From: Patescibacteria group bacterium UBA2773
GTDB lineage: Bacteria > Patescibacteriota > Minisyncoccia > Moranbacterales > DUUL01
DNA length: 64,000 nt
Assembly: GCA_002352465.1 (NCBI GenBank)
Contig: DEIN01000012.1
Location: 17,484 to 81,483 of the forward strand
Reading direction: 5' to 3'
In this document: in pieces, positions 38,782 to 48,223 of the stretch
Numbering within the stretch: the stretch's first letter is position 1
Layout: every line of letters begins with the position of its first letter
Notes under the pieces: generated by a model
The model's input: the letters and a program-made list of their open reading frames with translations, nothing else
What the model was told of the DNA's origin: nothing
Databases searched by the model: none
Program-made: the position numbers and the translations under genes

Positions 38782-40410
38782 TTATAAAAAAATAACTTTA
38801 ATTATCCACAAGCTATAAATAAAAACTAACCCTAAAACCCAACTATTTATTTTTTTTTCACCAATTTTATCACCACTAACAATAATAAAGTTCAAAATAC
38901 CAAAAAATAAAGCACTTAGAAACAACTCTTGTTCGTGTAAAATATAAACTGATAATAAATAAAAACTAAACAAAAAACTCGCAATAATTAAACGAGTTTT
39001 TTTCCTACCAACCAGAACTACTAAGTTATAAATCTTGTCCTTTTGATCACCTTCTAAATCTTTTAAATCCTTAAGTGGAATTATAAAAAAATAAGCAAAA
39101 AATAAAAACCAGTAAATTTTCCAAGGAAAAAATTCAAGAGTTTCGCTTCCAGAAAAAACAATAAAACCCATCACCAAAAACAATAAAGAAGAAAAAGCAA
39201 TTAAAATGTTAGATATAATTAAAATTCGTTTAAATCTAAAAGGCGAACAAGAATAAAACCAAGTAAGACAATAATACAAAGAGACAAAAACCACAAACAA
39301 AGGTTTAATTAAAAAGGCTCCAACAATCGAGAACAAAGCAATAATTATATTTATTTTTTTATATTCCTTGATTGTTATTTTTTTTGTAATTAAGGGTCGA
39401 GAAGAATTAGAAATTTTATCCACAACCAAATCACTAATATCATTAACCAAAACAGAAGAAACCCAACTACAAAAAACTACTATACATAAAACTAAAACAC
39501 TAGAAATATTAAAAAAATTAAACTGAAAATTTTCATTGTAATTCAAAAAACCTAAAGCTAAACCCAAAAAAAGCAAACCCAAGTTAAAAAAAACTTGAGG
39601 TAAACGAACATTTCTTATTAAGACTATGTATTTTTTTTTATTTTTTAAAAAATATATAAGATTAATATTAACAAAAATCATCAAATAATAGATAATAGAC
39701 ATTTTTTTAGCTAAAAAAGTCTCTATTTCATTGTTATTTATTCCAAAAATAGAAAGGGGTGACATAAAATAACCAACAACAGTTGTTTTAGAAACATTTA
39801 AAATATTACCATTTTTAATAAATTCTAATCCAAAGGTTATTAAACTAGGAAGACTATTGAGAATAAAAAAAATAAAATAAACCAAAAAAGCAAATCCCAC
39901 TGTTTTTAAGATTTTTCTCTTTTTTTGAAAATAATAACAAGATAATAAAAAAACACTCAAAAAAACAAGCACTCGTCCACCAATCGTAATTCCCCAATTT
40001 AAACTATCTCCATAAAACAAAAAAAACCTCTCAATTAATCCTTTAGCACTATCAAAAAGATAAAAATTTTTATATATTCCCTCTTTAAATATTATTTTAT
40101 CAATAATTGGTGGTAATAAAATCAACCAAACACCGTAAAACAAAAAGTTTTTAGATTTATTAAATTCTTTTTTTATTAAAAACATTAGAAATATTAAAAA
40201 TACTGAATAGACAAACATTACTAATAAAAAATCGTTTACAAAAAAAACCAAATAAATAAAACCTTCTTTAATTGGAATATTATCTAAAAATATTTCAATA
40301 AAAAATCTTAACAAAACTATTCCAAAGAAACCAAAAAGCCAGGTGTTAAAATTATTTTTTTGATTTTCAATAATTGTAATAATATTTTTTATATTCAATT
40401 TTACTTGCAT
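38782..40410 (-). CDS. UbiA-superfamily prenyltransferase domain fused to a roughly 260-aa N-terminal polytopic membrane domain
   Basis: First Asp-rich motif NDISDLVVD (NDxxDxxxD) followed by SRPL; second motif DLKDLEGD (DxxDxxxD) about 120 aa later; about 7 additional N-terminal TM helices. Confidence 0.6.
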   Translation of the reverse strand: MQVKLNIKNIITIIENQKNNFNTWLFGFFGIVLLRFFIEIFLDNIPIKEGFIYLVFFVNDFLLVMFVYSVFLIFLMFLIKKEFNKSKNFLFYGVWLILLPPIIDKIIFKEGIYKNFYLFDSAKGLIERFFLFYGDSLNWGITIGGRVLVFLSVFLLSCYYFQKKRKILKTVGFAFLVYFIFFILNSLPSLITFGLEFIKNGNILNVSKTTVVGYFMSPLSIFGINNNEIETFLAKKMSIIYYLMIFVNINLIYFLKNKKKYIVLIRNVRLPQVFFNLGLLFLGLALGFLNYNENFQFNFFNISSVLVLCIVVFCSWVSSVLVNDISDLVVDKISNSSRPLITKKITIKEYKKINIIIALFSIVGAFLIKPLFVVFVSLYYCLTWFYSCSPFRFKRILIISNILIAFSSLLFLVMGFIVFSGSETLEFFPWKIYWFLFFAYFFIIPLKDLKDLEGDQKDKIYNLVVLVGRKKTRLIIASFLFSFYLLSVYILHEQELFLSALFFGILNFIIVSGDKIGEKKINSWVLGLVFIYSLWIIKVIFL

Positions 40411-40697
40411 TAGATTATGATTATATTTTTTATTAAAACCTCGTTTAAATTTTTATTTATTTTTTTAATAATCATTTTTTCATTAAGCTTAAATTCATTC
40501 CGCCAAGTCGAGTTTTTTAATTCAATCCATAACCTTCCTTTTTTATAGTCTTTGACTTCAGTAAATTTTTTACTAAGTTCACCAAATAATTCTTGTAAAA
40601 CCATTTCACTAGTTGAAATAATTAAATATTTATCATTTTTAATAATCTTTTTATTATTAACTCTTTTTTCTAAAACTTTTTGAAAATCTTCCCACAT
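40410..40697 (-). CDS. DUF721-like small protein (DciA-like helicase-loader candidate) downstream of dnaN
   Basis: 95 aa; conserved position after dnaN; C-terminal RLWIELKNSTWRNEFKL pattern resembles DUF721. Confidence 0.4.
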   Translation of the reverse strand: MWEDFQKVLEKRVNNKKIIKNDKYLIISTSEMVLQELFGELSKKFTEVKDYKKGRLWIELKNSTWRNEFKLNEKMIIKKINKNLNEVLIKNIIII

Positions 40698-40700
40698 TTT

Positions 40701-41843
40701 CTAATTTTTAATAATTGGCATAATAATATAAGAAAATTTAAAATCTTCTTTTTCGTTTTCATCTAAACCTTTCATTAGAGCTGGTGACTTCTCTTTGTTT
40801 AATTTTAAAATAACCCATTCTTCTTTAATTACACTTAAACCATCAATTAAATAATTACAATTAAACAAAATCTCAAAATCATCACCTAAAATATTAGCGG
40901 CTATTTTAGAGATATTTTCCCCTGCTTCATTGGAATAAGAACTTATTTCTAATTCTTTTTTATTTTTAAGATTACTAATTTTTATTTCACTATTGTTATC
41001 TCGAGAAACTAAGGATGCTATTTTTAGAGCATTTATCAACTCATTTCTATTTATTTTAACTTCAATAGAGTATTTTTTAGGTAAAATTTGTTGATAATCA
41101 ATATAATTTCCATTAATTAATTTTGAAATAATCTTAGTCGAATTATTTCCTACGAATAATTGATTTTGTTTTATTATTAAGCTTATTTCACCTTCAGTAA
41201 GATTTTTTTGAATTTCACTAAAGGTTAAGGCAGGAATTATAATCGAAGGAGTATTTTCTATAAAAATAAAATATTCCTCAGTTAAATTGTTTTTATTCAA
41301 ACTTATAACTACCTCACTTAATCGATAACCATCAGTTGAAGCCAAGATTAACCTGTCTTTTTTAAAAAGAACATTCACTCCGTTTAATTCTTGTCTAGTA
41401 TCATTTCGAGCTACGGAAATTAAAATATTAGAAATATTCTCAATTAAATCTTTAGAATTTATTTTAATATAACTATCCTCGGGATTTTCTGGAATTATTG
41501 GATAATCATCTAAACTCATTCCTTTAATTTTAATTTGATGTTTTTCGGTTTTTACTTGAAATTCATCTTTAATTACAAATCCTTCAATAATATCATCTTT
41601 AATATTATTTAAAAATCCGCTAACAACTCTAATCGGAATTGTAATTCCTCCTTCTTTGTTTATTTTAGCCTTAACAAAAGTTTTTACTGCTATTTCAAGA
41701 TTTGTTGAAGCAATTACTAATCTATTTTTATCAGTTTTAATTAATATATTACTTAAAATTGGTAAACTTGGGTTTTTTAAAAGAACCCTTTCAATTTTAG
41801 ATATTGCATTTCTAAAATTATCTCGCTTAATTGAAAATTGCAT
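40701..41843 (-). CDS. dnaN: DNA polymerase III beta sliding clamp
   Basis: MQFSIKRDNF N-terminus, 380 aa, three-domain clamp organisation, directly downstream of dnaA. Confidence 0.9.
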   Translation of the reverse strand: MQFSIKRDNFRNAISKIERVLLKNPSLPILSNILIKTDKNRLVIASTNLEIAVKTFVKAKINKEGGITIPIRVVSGFLNNIKDDIIEGFVIKDEFQVKTEKHQIKIKGMSLDDYPIIPENPEDSYIKINSKDLIENISNILISVARNDTRQELNGVNVLFKKDRLILASTDGYRLSEVVISLNKNNLTEEYFIFIENTPSIIIPALTFSEIQKNLTEGEISLIIKQNQLFVGNNSTKIISKLINGNYIDYQQILPKKYSIEVKINRNELINALKIASLVSRDNNSEIKISNLKNKKELEISSYSNEAGENISKIAANILGDDFEILFNCNYLIDGLSVIKEEWVILKLNKEKSPALMKGLDENEKEDFKFSYIIMPIIKN

Positions 41844-42060
41844 ATATATAATTAATTATTATTATTTAAATATTATTACTATTTATTATAGAGTCCAAAA
41901 TAGTGGAAAAGTCGGTTTTATCTTTTATTAGAAAGAAAAAACGTGTCAATAACCTTGTTTAAAAAACTGTTTAAAAAATCAAAAAAGGTTGTTCATAAAA
42001 AGTTGATAAATAATATTTTTTTAAAAACCAACAACTTATTAACAACTTATTTAGGGGTTA

Positions 42061-43464
42061 TTAATAGTCATTGTATTTTTCCCGAATAAATTTAATTTGA
42101 TCTTGTAAAAATTTATTATCCCCCAATTCTTTAATAATTTTTTTATGAGCATACATCACCGTTGAATGATTTTTACCACCCAAAAATATTCCAATTTCCG
42201 TAAAAGAAAGAGTTAAATCCTCTCTTAATAAATAAAAAGTTAATTGACGAGGCTTAATTACTGTTTTTTTTCGGCAAGAACCTAGAATTTCAGTGGTTTT
42301 TATATTAAAAAAATCTGCTACTGCCTTAACAATGGTTGTAGCCGTCACTTTACTTTGTCTATTACTGGAAATTAAATCCTCGGTTAATTCCATAACATCT
42401 TTTAATGTGGGAAAAACATTGCGAAGTTGATATGTGACAATTATTTTATTCAAAGCTCCTTCTAGTTCTCGAACATTGTGATAAATATTTTTTGCTAAAT
42501 ATTCAATAATTTCTTCGCTGAGATCGAAATTTTTTTCTATTACCTTTTTTTTAATAATAGCCAACCTAGTTTCTAAATCGGGTTTGCTAATATCAGCCAT
42601 CATTCCTCCTTCAAATCTTGATTTAAGTCGATTTTCTAGGGTTGGAATTGATTTTGGCGGACGGTCAGCACTAATAATAATCTGTTTATTTAATTGATAT
42701 AAAGATTCAAAAACATGAAAAAATTCTTCCTGAGTCTTCTCTTTCTTAGATAAAAACTGAACATCATCAATTATTAACATATCTAATTGAATATATTCAT
42801 TTTTAAACTCTTTAGCTTTGGAGTTTTGAATAGCCCCAATTAATTCATTAGCAAATCGTTCCATACTTACATAACGAATTTTAAAATCAGGATTTTGGGC
42901 TTTAATAAAATTTCCAGTAGCTTGAATTAGATGAGTTTTACCCAAACCAACATCTCCATAAATAAATAAAGGATTATAAGATTGTCCTGGCTTTTTGGAA
43001 ACTGACTGACAAGCAGCGTAAGCCAATTCATTATTAGCACCGATTACGTAGGTTTCGAATTTGTAACGAGGGTTTAATCCCGAACTAATATGGTTAGAGT
43101 TGCGGTTAAAAGAAGGAGTTTCTCGAAGACTTTTTTTGATGCTTTTTTTGAGTTTTTCTTTTAATTTTGATTTAACAATGACTGAATCCATTGATTTTTG
43201 AGGAAAAGAGGTTTTGTTCTGAACCTCTAAAGAACAAATTACCCGATTGATTTTGGGGAAATGTTTTCGAATGGAGTCTAATATTGTTTTTTGATATTTT
43301 TTTTCTAACCACTCTTTAGCAAAAATATTAGGGACAATTATTATTAGAGTATCCTCGGTTAAATCTTTTATAGAGGTGTTTTTGAACCAGGTAGTAAAAC
43401 TGGCTTTTGACAAAGAAAGTTCCACTTCTCCTAAAATAGCCTCCCAGAGTTCCTGTTTGTTCAT
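42061..43464 (-). CDS. dnaA: Chromosomal replication initiator DnaA
   Basis: AAA+ Walker A GDVGLGKTHL, Walker B LIIDDVQF, sensor motifs, and C-terminal DnaA-box-binding HTH (TFTEIGIFLGGKNHSTVMYA). Confidence 0.95.
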   Translation of the reverse strand: MNKQELWEAILGEVELSLSKASFTTWFKNTSIKDLTEDTLIIIVPNIFAKEWLEKKYQKTILDSIRKHFPKINRVICSLEVQNKTSFPQKSMDSVIVKSKLKEKLKKSIKKSLRETPSFNRNSNHISSGLNPRYKFETYVIGANNELAYAACQSVSKKPGQSYNPLFIYGDVGLGKTHLIQATGNFIKAQNPDFKIRYVSMERFANELIGAIQNSKAKEFKNEYIQLDMLIIDDVQFLSKKEKTQEEFFHVFESLYQLNKQIIISADRPPKSIPTLENRLKSRFEGGMMADISKPDLETRLAIIKKKVIEKNFDLSEEIIEYLAKNIYHNVRELEGALNKIIVTYQLRNVFPTLKDVMELTEDLISSNRQSKVTATTIVKAVADFFNIKTTEILGSCRKKTVIKPRQLTFYLLREDLTLSFTEIGIFLGGKNHSTVMYAHKKIIKELGDNKFLQDQIKFIREKYNDY

Positions 43465-43481
43465 TCTTTTTGTTTATAAAT

Positions 43482-43490
43482 TGTTGATAA
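43482..43490. promoter_or_regulatory. DnaA box-like 9-mer TGTTGATAA (8/9 to TGTGGATAA) just upstream of dnaA
   Basis: Seen in sequence. Confidence 0.45.
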
Positions 43491-43547
43491 CCCAGGTTAC
43501 CTTTTGAATAATACCTAATAAAAGGCAAGTTCTCAATGTTTATATAT

Positions 43548-43556
43548 TGTGGATAA
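43548..43556. promoter_or_regulatory. Consensus DnaA box TGTGGATAA (reverse complement of TTATCCACA)
   Basis: Perfect 9/9 match about 85 bp upstream of the dnaA start. Confidence 0.6.
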
Positions 43557-43801
43557 ACTGTTTAAAAATGTTATATTAGCATTACATTAATAGGGAAATA
43601 AGGCAAATTTTTAAAAAATAAAAGGTTTTAATTTAAAATAAAAAACAAATATTTCTCTTTACATAAATAATAATATGTGTTATAATGTTTAAATTAATTT
43701 AAGATTGTTTTTTGGCGGTTGATTTTCTTTTTTAAATTAGTTGAATTATTGGTTTTAAAAATAAACCAAATTAGTTTTTAATATAAAAAGAGTTAATTTA
43801 A

Positions 43802-44650
43802 TGTTTCACGTGAAACAAAATATTTTTTAAATTTAATTTTTAGATTATTATTGATATGTTTCACGTGAAACATAGTAGTCGTTATAAAAATTAAGTCTTT
43901 TATTATTAACGACTTATTTTTAATCGCCTAAGACACTATTTTTAGAACTTTTTATTTTTTAAAAAGATTTATTAATTAAATGTTTCACGTGAAACATTTT
44001 TAAAAAATAGAAACTAATTAATAAAACGTTTATTTCGACTGTTTTTATTCAAAAAAGCTTCAAATAAAAACCCTCAGCGAAATAATTTATTAATGTTTCA
44101 CGTGAAACATTTAATTAGAAAGAAAAAGTTTTATTTACTAAAAGCTTTTTTAAACAAGACCTGCTTAGTCTTAGTTTTTTGAATTTTAAAGAAAGTAAAA
44201 TGTTTCACGTGAAACATTTAGTAAAAAAAACTTTTTACTTAAGGATTTTTTAAACGAAGTTCGGTTTAATTTAATAGCCTTTTTGTTTTTTTGAAAACAA
44301 AAAATTATTTAGTGAGTTAAAATATATGTTTCACGTGAAACATATTAATAATAATTTAGGCGTTAGAATGTTAAAGATTTTTTGTTTCACGTGAAACATC
44401 TTCTTAAAATAAAAAGCAATAAAAAAGAGAAGATGCTTTTATTTTTTATTAAGAGAATAAGGATTTTACGGGTTTTAAGAAAAGTTTTTTAATGTTTCAC
44501 GTGAAACGTTTTTTGTTATTAAAATTAAATTGTTAGAATTTTATTTAAAATTCAAGCCTTAAGGATTGAGATTATTTTCTTTTAAATAAAAAAATTAACT
44601 GAACTTTTTGATTTTAAGAAAATTTATTAGAAGATGTTTCACGTGAAACA
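43802..44650. repeat. parS: Array of nine parS-type centromere palindromes TGTTTCACGTGAAACA in the dnaA-upstream (oriC) intergenic region
   Basis: Copies start at about 43802, 43857, 43981, 44094, 44201, 44327, 44383, 44493 (variant ending ...AACG) and 44635; 8 perfect and 1 single-mismatch; spacing 55-142 bp with unique flanks; matches the chromosomal parS consensus TGTTNCACGTGAAACA. Confidence 0.75.
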
Positions 44651-44753
44651 TTCCAAGGAAAATAGTTGAGCTTGTCCTCTTTACAAAAAGGCTATAACAT
44701 TGTATAATAAATTGACTTTAATTTAAAACTATGTTAAAAATTCCCATAGAGAT

Positions 44754-44826
44754 GGGCCTGTAACTCAATTGGTAGAGTGTTTCCATGGCATGGAAAAAGT
44801 AGTCGGTTCGATCCCGGTCAGGTCCA
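44754..44826 (+). tRNA. tRNA-Ala (anticodon GGC)
   Basis: Manual cloverleaf: 7-bp acceptor stem with the G3:U70 Ala identity pair, D-arm ACTC/GAGT, anticodon loop AUGGCAU, T-loop TTCGATC; no encoded CCA. Confidence 0.75.
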
Positions 44827-44883
44827 CTTTTATTGAAAGTCAAGAGTTTTTATTTTAAAAAAAATAAACTAAGTATTTAAAAA

Positions 44884-44955
44884 AGTCCTCATAGTTCAAT
44901 GGATAGAACAAAAACCTCCTAAGTTTTAGATCTAGGTTCAACTCCTGGTGAGGAC
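44884..44955 (+). tRNA. tRNA-Arg (anticodon CCT)
   Basis: Manual cloverleaf: acceptor GTCCTCA/TGAGGAC, anticodon stem AAAAC/GTTTT with loop CUCCUAA, T-loop TTCAACT; no encoded CCA. Confidence 0.75.
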
Positions 44956-45066
44956 ACATTTAAGGTAAAGGTTTAAAAAACTTACAAAGTGAAAGGCTTT
45001 TATTGAGCAAAAATCTTACTTTAAAAACTCTGAGGACTTTTTAGTTTTATAAATTAGAGCAATATT

Positions 45067-46602
45067 ATGAAATTTTTAATTCCTTTAAATTTATTAAAAA
45101 TTATAGAAAAACTTGAAGCTAAAAAATTCGAGGTTTTTGTGGTGGGTGGATCGGTGAGAGATTTGTTGTTAAAAAAACAGCCCAATGATTGGGATTTAAC
45201 TACCAGTGCTCAACCAGAAGACATTTTAGCAATTTTTCCTAATGCTAAATACAAAAATGACTTTGGAACGGTTTTAATTCCAGAGAAATATTTAGAAGAA
45301 AAATCAATTGAAAAACAAAAGGGTTTTTTTGAAATTACAACCTATCGAAAAGAAAGCCAATATCGAGACAAGAGAAGGCCAGATCAGGTAATTTTTACTG
45401 ATAAACTAGAAGATGACTTAAAAAGACGAGACTTTACTATAAATGCCCTAGCTATCGGAATAAAAGGTGTGGATAAGTTGTTGAAAAAGTCAATTAAAAC
45501 TGAAAAAATAAGCGTTGAGCTAGAAAAAAGTCAAATTGTTTTAATAGATAAATATCAAGGACAAGAAGATTTAAAAAACAAGCTAATTAAAACTGTTGGT
45601 TCGGCTAAAAATCGAATTGAAGAAGATGCTTTAAGAATGATGCGTGCAATTCGTTTGGCAGTACAATTGGAATTTAAAATAGAAGCAAAAACTTTTCAAG
45701 CCATAAAAGACAAGGCTGAAAATTTAGAATATATTTCCCAAGAAAGAATTAGAGACGAATTTGAAAAAATAATTTTAGCGGAAAAACCAGCCAATGGAAT
45801 AGAATTATTAATTGAAACAGGTTTAATGAAATGGATAATTCCTGAATTAAAAGAAACAATCAAGACTGAGCAAAATTATCATCATTACTACGGGCCATAC
45901 AACACTGTCTATAAACATTTGATGGCTAGTTTGAATAAATGTCCTTCAAAAAAGTTAGAAGTTCGTTTGGCATCGTTTTTTCACGACATAGGCAAACCGG
46001 AGACCAAGCAAGGAAGGGGTTACAAGTCTTCTTTCCACAATCATGAATATGCGGGGGCTCGAATTACTAAAAAAATAATGGAACGATTAAAGTTTTCTCG
46101 AGAAGTTATTGATAAAACGGTGCTTTTAGTTAAAAACCATATGTTTTATTATAATGTAGATGAAGTTGGAGAAGCAGGAGTGCGAAAAGTTATTCGAAAA
46201 GTAGGATTAGAAAATATTAATGATTTAATTGATGTTCGAGTGGCGGATCGTTTGGGTTCGGGGGTTCCGAAGGCAATTCCTTATAAATTGCGTCACTTTA
46301 AATATATGGTCGAGAAGGTGAGTTGTGATCCAATCTCGGTTAAGCAATTGAAAATTAACGGAAAAGATTTAATGGAAAAATTAAAAATTAAACCAGGTCC
46401 TCAAATTGGTGCTATTTTAGAAATTTTATTAGCAGAAGTAATTGAAAATCCGAAGTTAAATAATTTTGAAAATTTATTAAATCGAGCCAAAGGGTTAATA
46501 AAAAAAGATTTAAAAGTAACAAAAAAAGAAGCCAAAGAAAAAATAAAGAAAATTCAAAAAAGAGAAGATCAAAAAATAAAAAAACAGTATTTTGTGCAGT
46601 AA
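45067..46602 (+). CDS. cca: CCA-adding tRNA nucleotidyltransferase (PolA-family head domain plus HD domain)
   Basis: VVGGSVRDLLL...DWDL nucleotidyltransferase motif and FFHDIGKPETK HD motif; located between tRNA genes. Confidence 0.8.
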   Translation: MKFLIPLNLLKIIEKLEAKKFEVFVVGGSVRDLLLKKQPNDWDLTTSAQPEDILAIFPNAKYKNDFGTVLIPEKYLEEKSIEKQKGFFEITTYRKESQYRDKRRPDQVIFTDKLEDDLKRRDFTINALAIGIKGVDKLLKKSIKTEKISVELEKSQIVLIDKYQGQEDLKNKLIKTVGSAKNRIEEDALRMMRAIRLAVQLEFKIEAKTFQAIKDKAENLEYISQERIRDEFEKIILAEKPANGIELLIETGLMKWIIPELKETIKTEQNYHHYYGPYNTVYKHLMASLNKCPSKKLEVRLASFFHDIGKPETKQGRGYKSSFHNHEYAGARITKKIMERLKFSREVIDKTVLLVKNHMFYYNVDEVGEAGVRKVIRKVGLENINDLIDVRVADRLGSGVPKAIPYKLRHFKYMVEKVSCDPISVKQLKINGKDLMEKLKIKPGPQIGAILEILLAEVIENPKLNNFENLLNRAKGLIKKDLKVTKKEAKEKIKKIQKREDQKIKKQYFVQ

Positions 46603-46679
46603 GAAGTTGACTTTTGGTTTAAATTGGTTATATTTAGATTAAAGGAAAAGTCTAGAAACTATTAAGAGAGTTTTTAGTT

Positions 46680-46754
46680 GGGACCGTAGCTCAGCGGTAG
46701 AGCCGTCGGCTCATAACCGATTGGTCACAGGTTCGAATCCTGTCGGTCCCACCA
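46680..46754 (+). tRNA. tRNA-Met (anticodon CAT; elongator-type, could alternatively be lysidine-modified tRNA-Ile2)
   Basis: Manual cloverleaf: GGGACCG/CGGTCCC acceptor (G1:C72 paired, so not an initiator), anticodon loop CUCAUAA, T-loop TTCGAAT, encoded 3' CCA. Confidence 0.75.
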
Positions 46755-46921
46755 AAATAAGAATTCAAAGACGTTTTTTAACGAAACTTGAATATCGTAT
46801 GCATTAATATCTTTGATTAGCATTAATTTAGTGAGTTGACTCCGAATTCTATCGGTTCTACTATAAAGAGGTTTTTAACTTCAATGGGATTCTAAAAACA
46901 GAGCTAGTGTGTTTTGAACTT

Positions 46922-46952
46922 GGTAAGTTAGCACTAAGTCTTACCGTTTTTA
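46922..46952 (+). terminator. Terminator-like hairpin after tRNA-Met
   Basis: GGTAAG...CTTACC stem followed by GTTTTTAC. Confidence 0.35.
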
Positions 46953-46980
46953 CTTAAAATTAAATAAAAATAAAAAAACT

Positions 46981-48198
46981 ATGGAGCATTTTGAATTATC
47001 ACAAGAAAAACATTTTAGAAAGGCTCATTATTTTGAAGAAAACCTTTCAGCTGGTTTTAGGTGTTTGATCGCCAATCGAGCCATTACTAACATTGCCACT
47101 GGTCTTTTTTCAGTTTTTTTACCAATTTTTCTTTATATTACATTAGGAGAAAATATTAGATATCTAGCTCTTTATTATTTAGCTACTTATCTTTCGTCTT
47201 TGTTTCTAACTAGCACTATTCACAAAAGTTTAAATAAGTTCGGATTTAAAAAAGCAATTGGGCTTAGCACTTTAATCGGCGCTTTTTATTATTTAGCAAT
47301 TTTTTTATTAAAAGCTGATAATTTCTTGATTATTATGCCGATTATGATTTTTTTGATTGCTTTTTGGCGATTTCTTTACTGGATTCCTTATAATATTGAT
47401 TTTGCCAAATTCACAACCAAAAAAGATCGAGGTAAAGGGGTTGGTTTAATTGAAGCAATATTGAGTTTTGTTGGTATTTTAACGCCTATTTTAGCTGGTT
47501 TTATTATTGCTAAATTTGGTTTTAATTGGCTTTTTCTGATAGGCATTTTAATTTTTGGATTATCTTATATTCCGTTAGCTAAGTTGCCACAAACTAAAGA
47601 GCGCTTTTCTTGGAATACTGGTCAATTTTTTAAAAAAATAATAGCACCTAAAAATAGAAAATTAACTTATTTTTTCTTTTTAGATGGAGCAGAGGCGATT
47701 TTAGCCTCTTTTGTTTGGCCTGTCTTTATTTATAAACTTTTAAAAGGGAATTATTTGGAAATTGGAATTATTTCATCTTTAGTTGTTCTGACTACGGCCT
47801 TTTTGCAATTAGTAGCCGGTAAAATTGTTGATAAAAAAAGAGGTCAGATGATTAAAACTGGTGGATTCTTTTATGCCCTAGGTTGGTTGCTGAAAGTTTT
47901 TACTATTACCGCTTTTCATGTTTTTATTTTTGATGCTTTTCATCGATTCATGAAGGTTTTTTATCGAATTCCGCTAGATACCGTGATATTCGAAACGGCT
48001 TTTCAACAAAAACATTTTATTGATGAATTTAATGTTTTCCGTCAATTTTGCTTGTTTTTAGGGGGTTCTGTAATGGCACTTTTAATAATCTTAATTTCCT
48101 TTTTTACTACTTCTATTAATTGGATTTTTTTAGCGGGAACGATAATTGTGTTTTTGATTAGTATTTTTTACAAGAAAATTCAAGATTCTTTAATTTAA
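46981..48198 (+). CDS. Polytopic membrane transporter-like protein (MFS-like, about 11-12 TM)
   Basis: 405 aa; hydrophobic throughout with short basic loops (KKDRGKGVG between TM helices). Confidence 0.4.
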   Translation: MEHFELSQEKHFRKAHYFEENLSAGFRCLIANRAITNIATGLFSVFLPIFLYITLGENIRYLALYYLATYLSSLFLTSTIHKSLNKFGFKKAIGLSTLIGAFYYLAIFLLKADNFLIIMPIMIFLIAFWRFLYWIPYNIDFAKFTTKKDRGKGVGLIEAILSFVGILTPILAGFIIAKFGFNWLFLIGILIFGLSYIPLAKLPQTKERFSWNTGQFFKKIIAPKNRKLTYFFFLDGAEAILASFVWPVFIYKLLKGNYLEIGIISSLVVLTTAFLQLVAGKIVDKKRGQMIKTGGFFYALGWLLKVFTITAFHVFIFDAFHRFMKVFYRIPLDTVIFETAFQQKHFIDEFNVFRQFCLFLGGSVMALLIILISFFTTSINWIFLAGTIIVFLISIFYKKIQDSLI

Positions 48199-48223
48199 GG
48201 AGATTTATTAATTATTTTTCAAT

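Noticed and set aside
43802-44650. Repeated 16-18-bp palindromes interpreted as a CRISPR array or as lineage-specific DnaA boxes
   Set aside because: The repeat is only 16-18 bp, and the spacers range from about 38 to 125 bp with no adjacent cas genes, so this is not a CRISPR array. Perfectly symmetric palindromes also do not fit asymmetric DnaA boxes, and bona fide TGTGGATAA boxes are present nearby. The motif instead equals the parS consensus.
46680-46754. Calling the CAT-anticodon tRNA an initiator tRNA-fMet
   Set aside because: Positions 1 and 72 are Watson-Crick paired (G1:C72) and the anticodon stem lacks the three consecutive G29-31:C39-41 pairs characteristic of bacterial initiators. 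It is therefore an elongator Met or lysidine-modified Ile2 tRNA.
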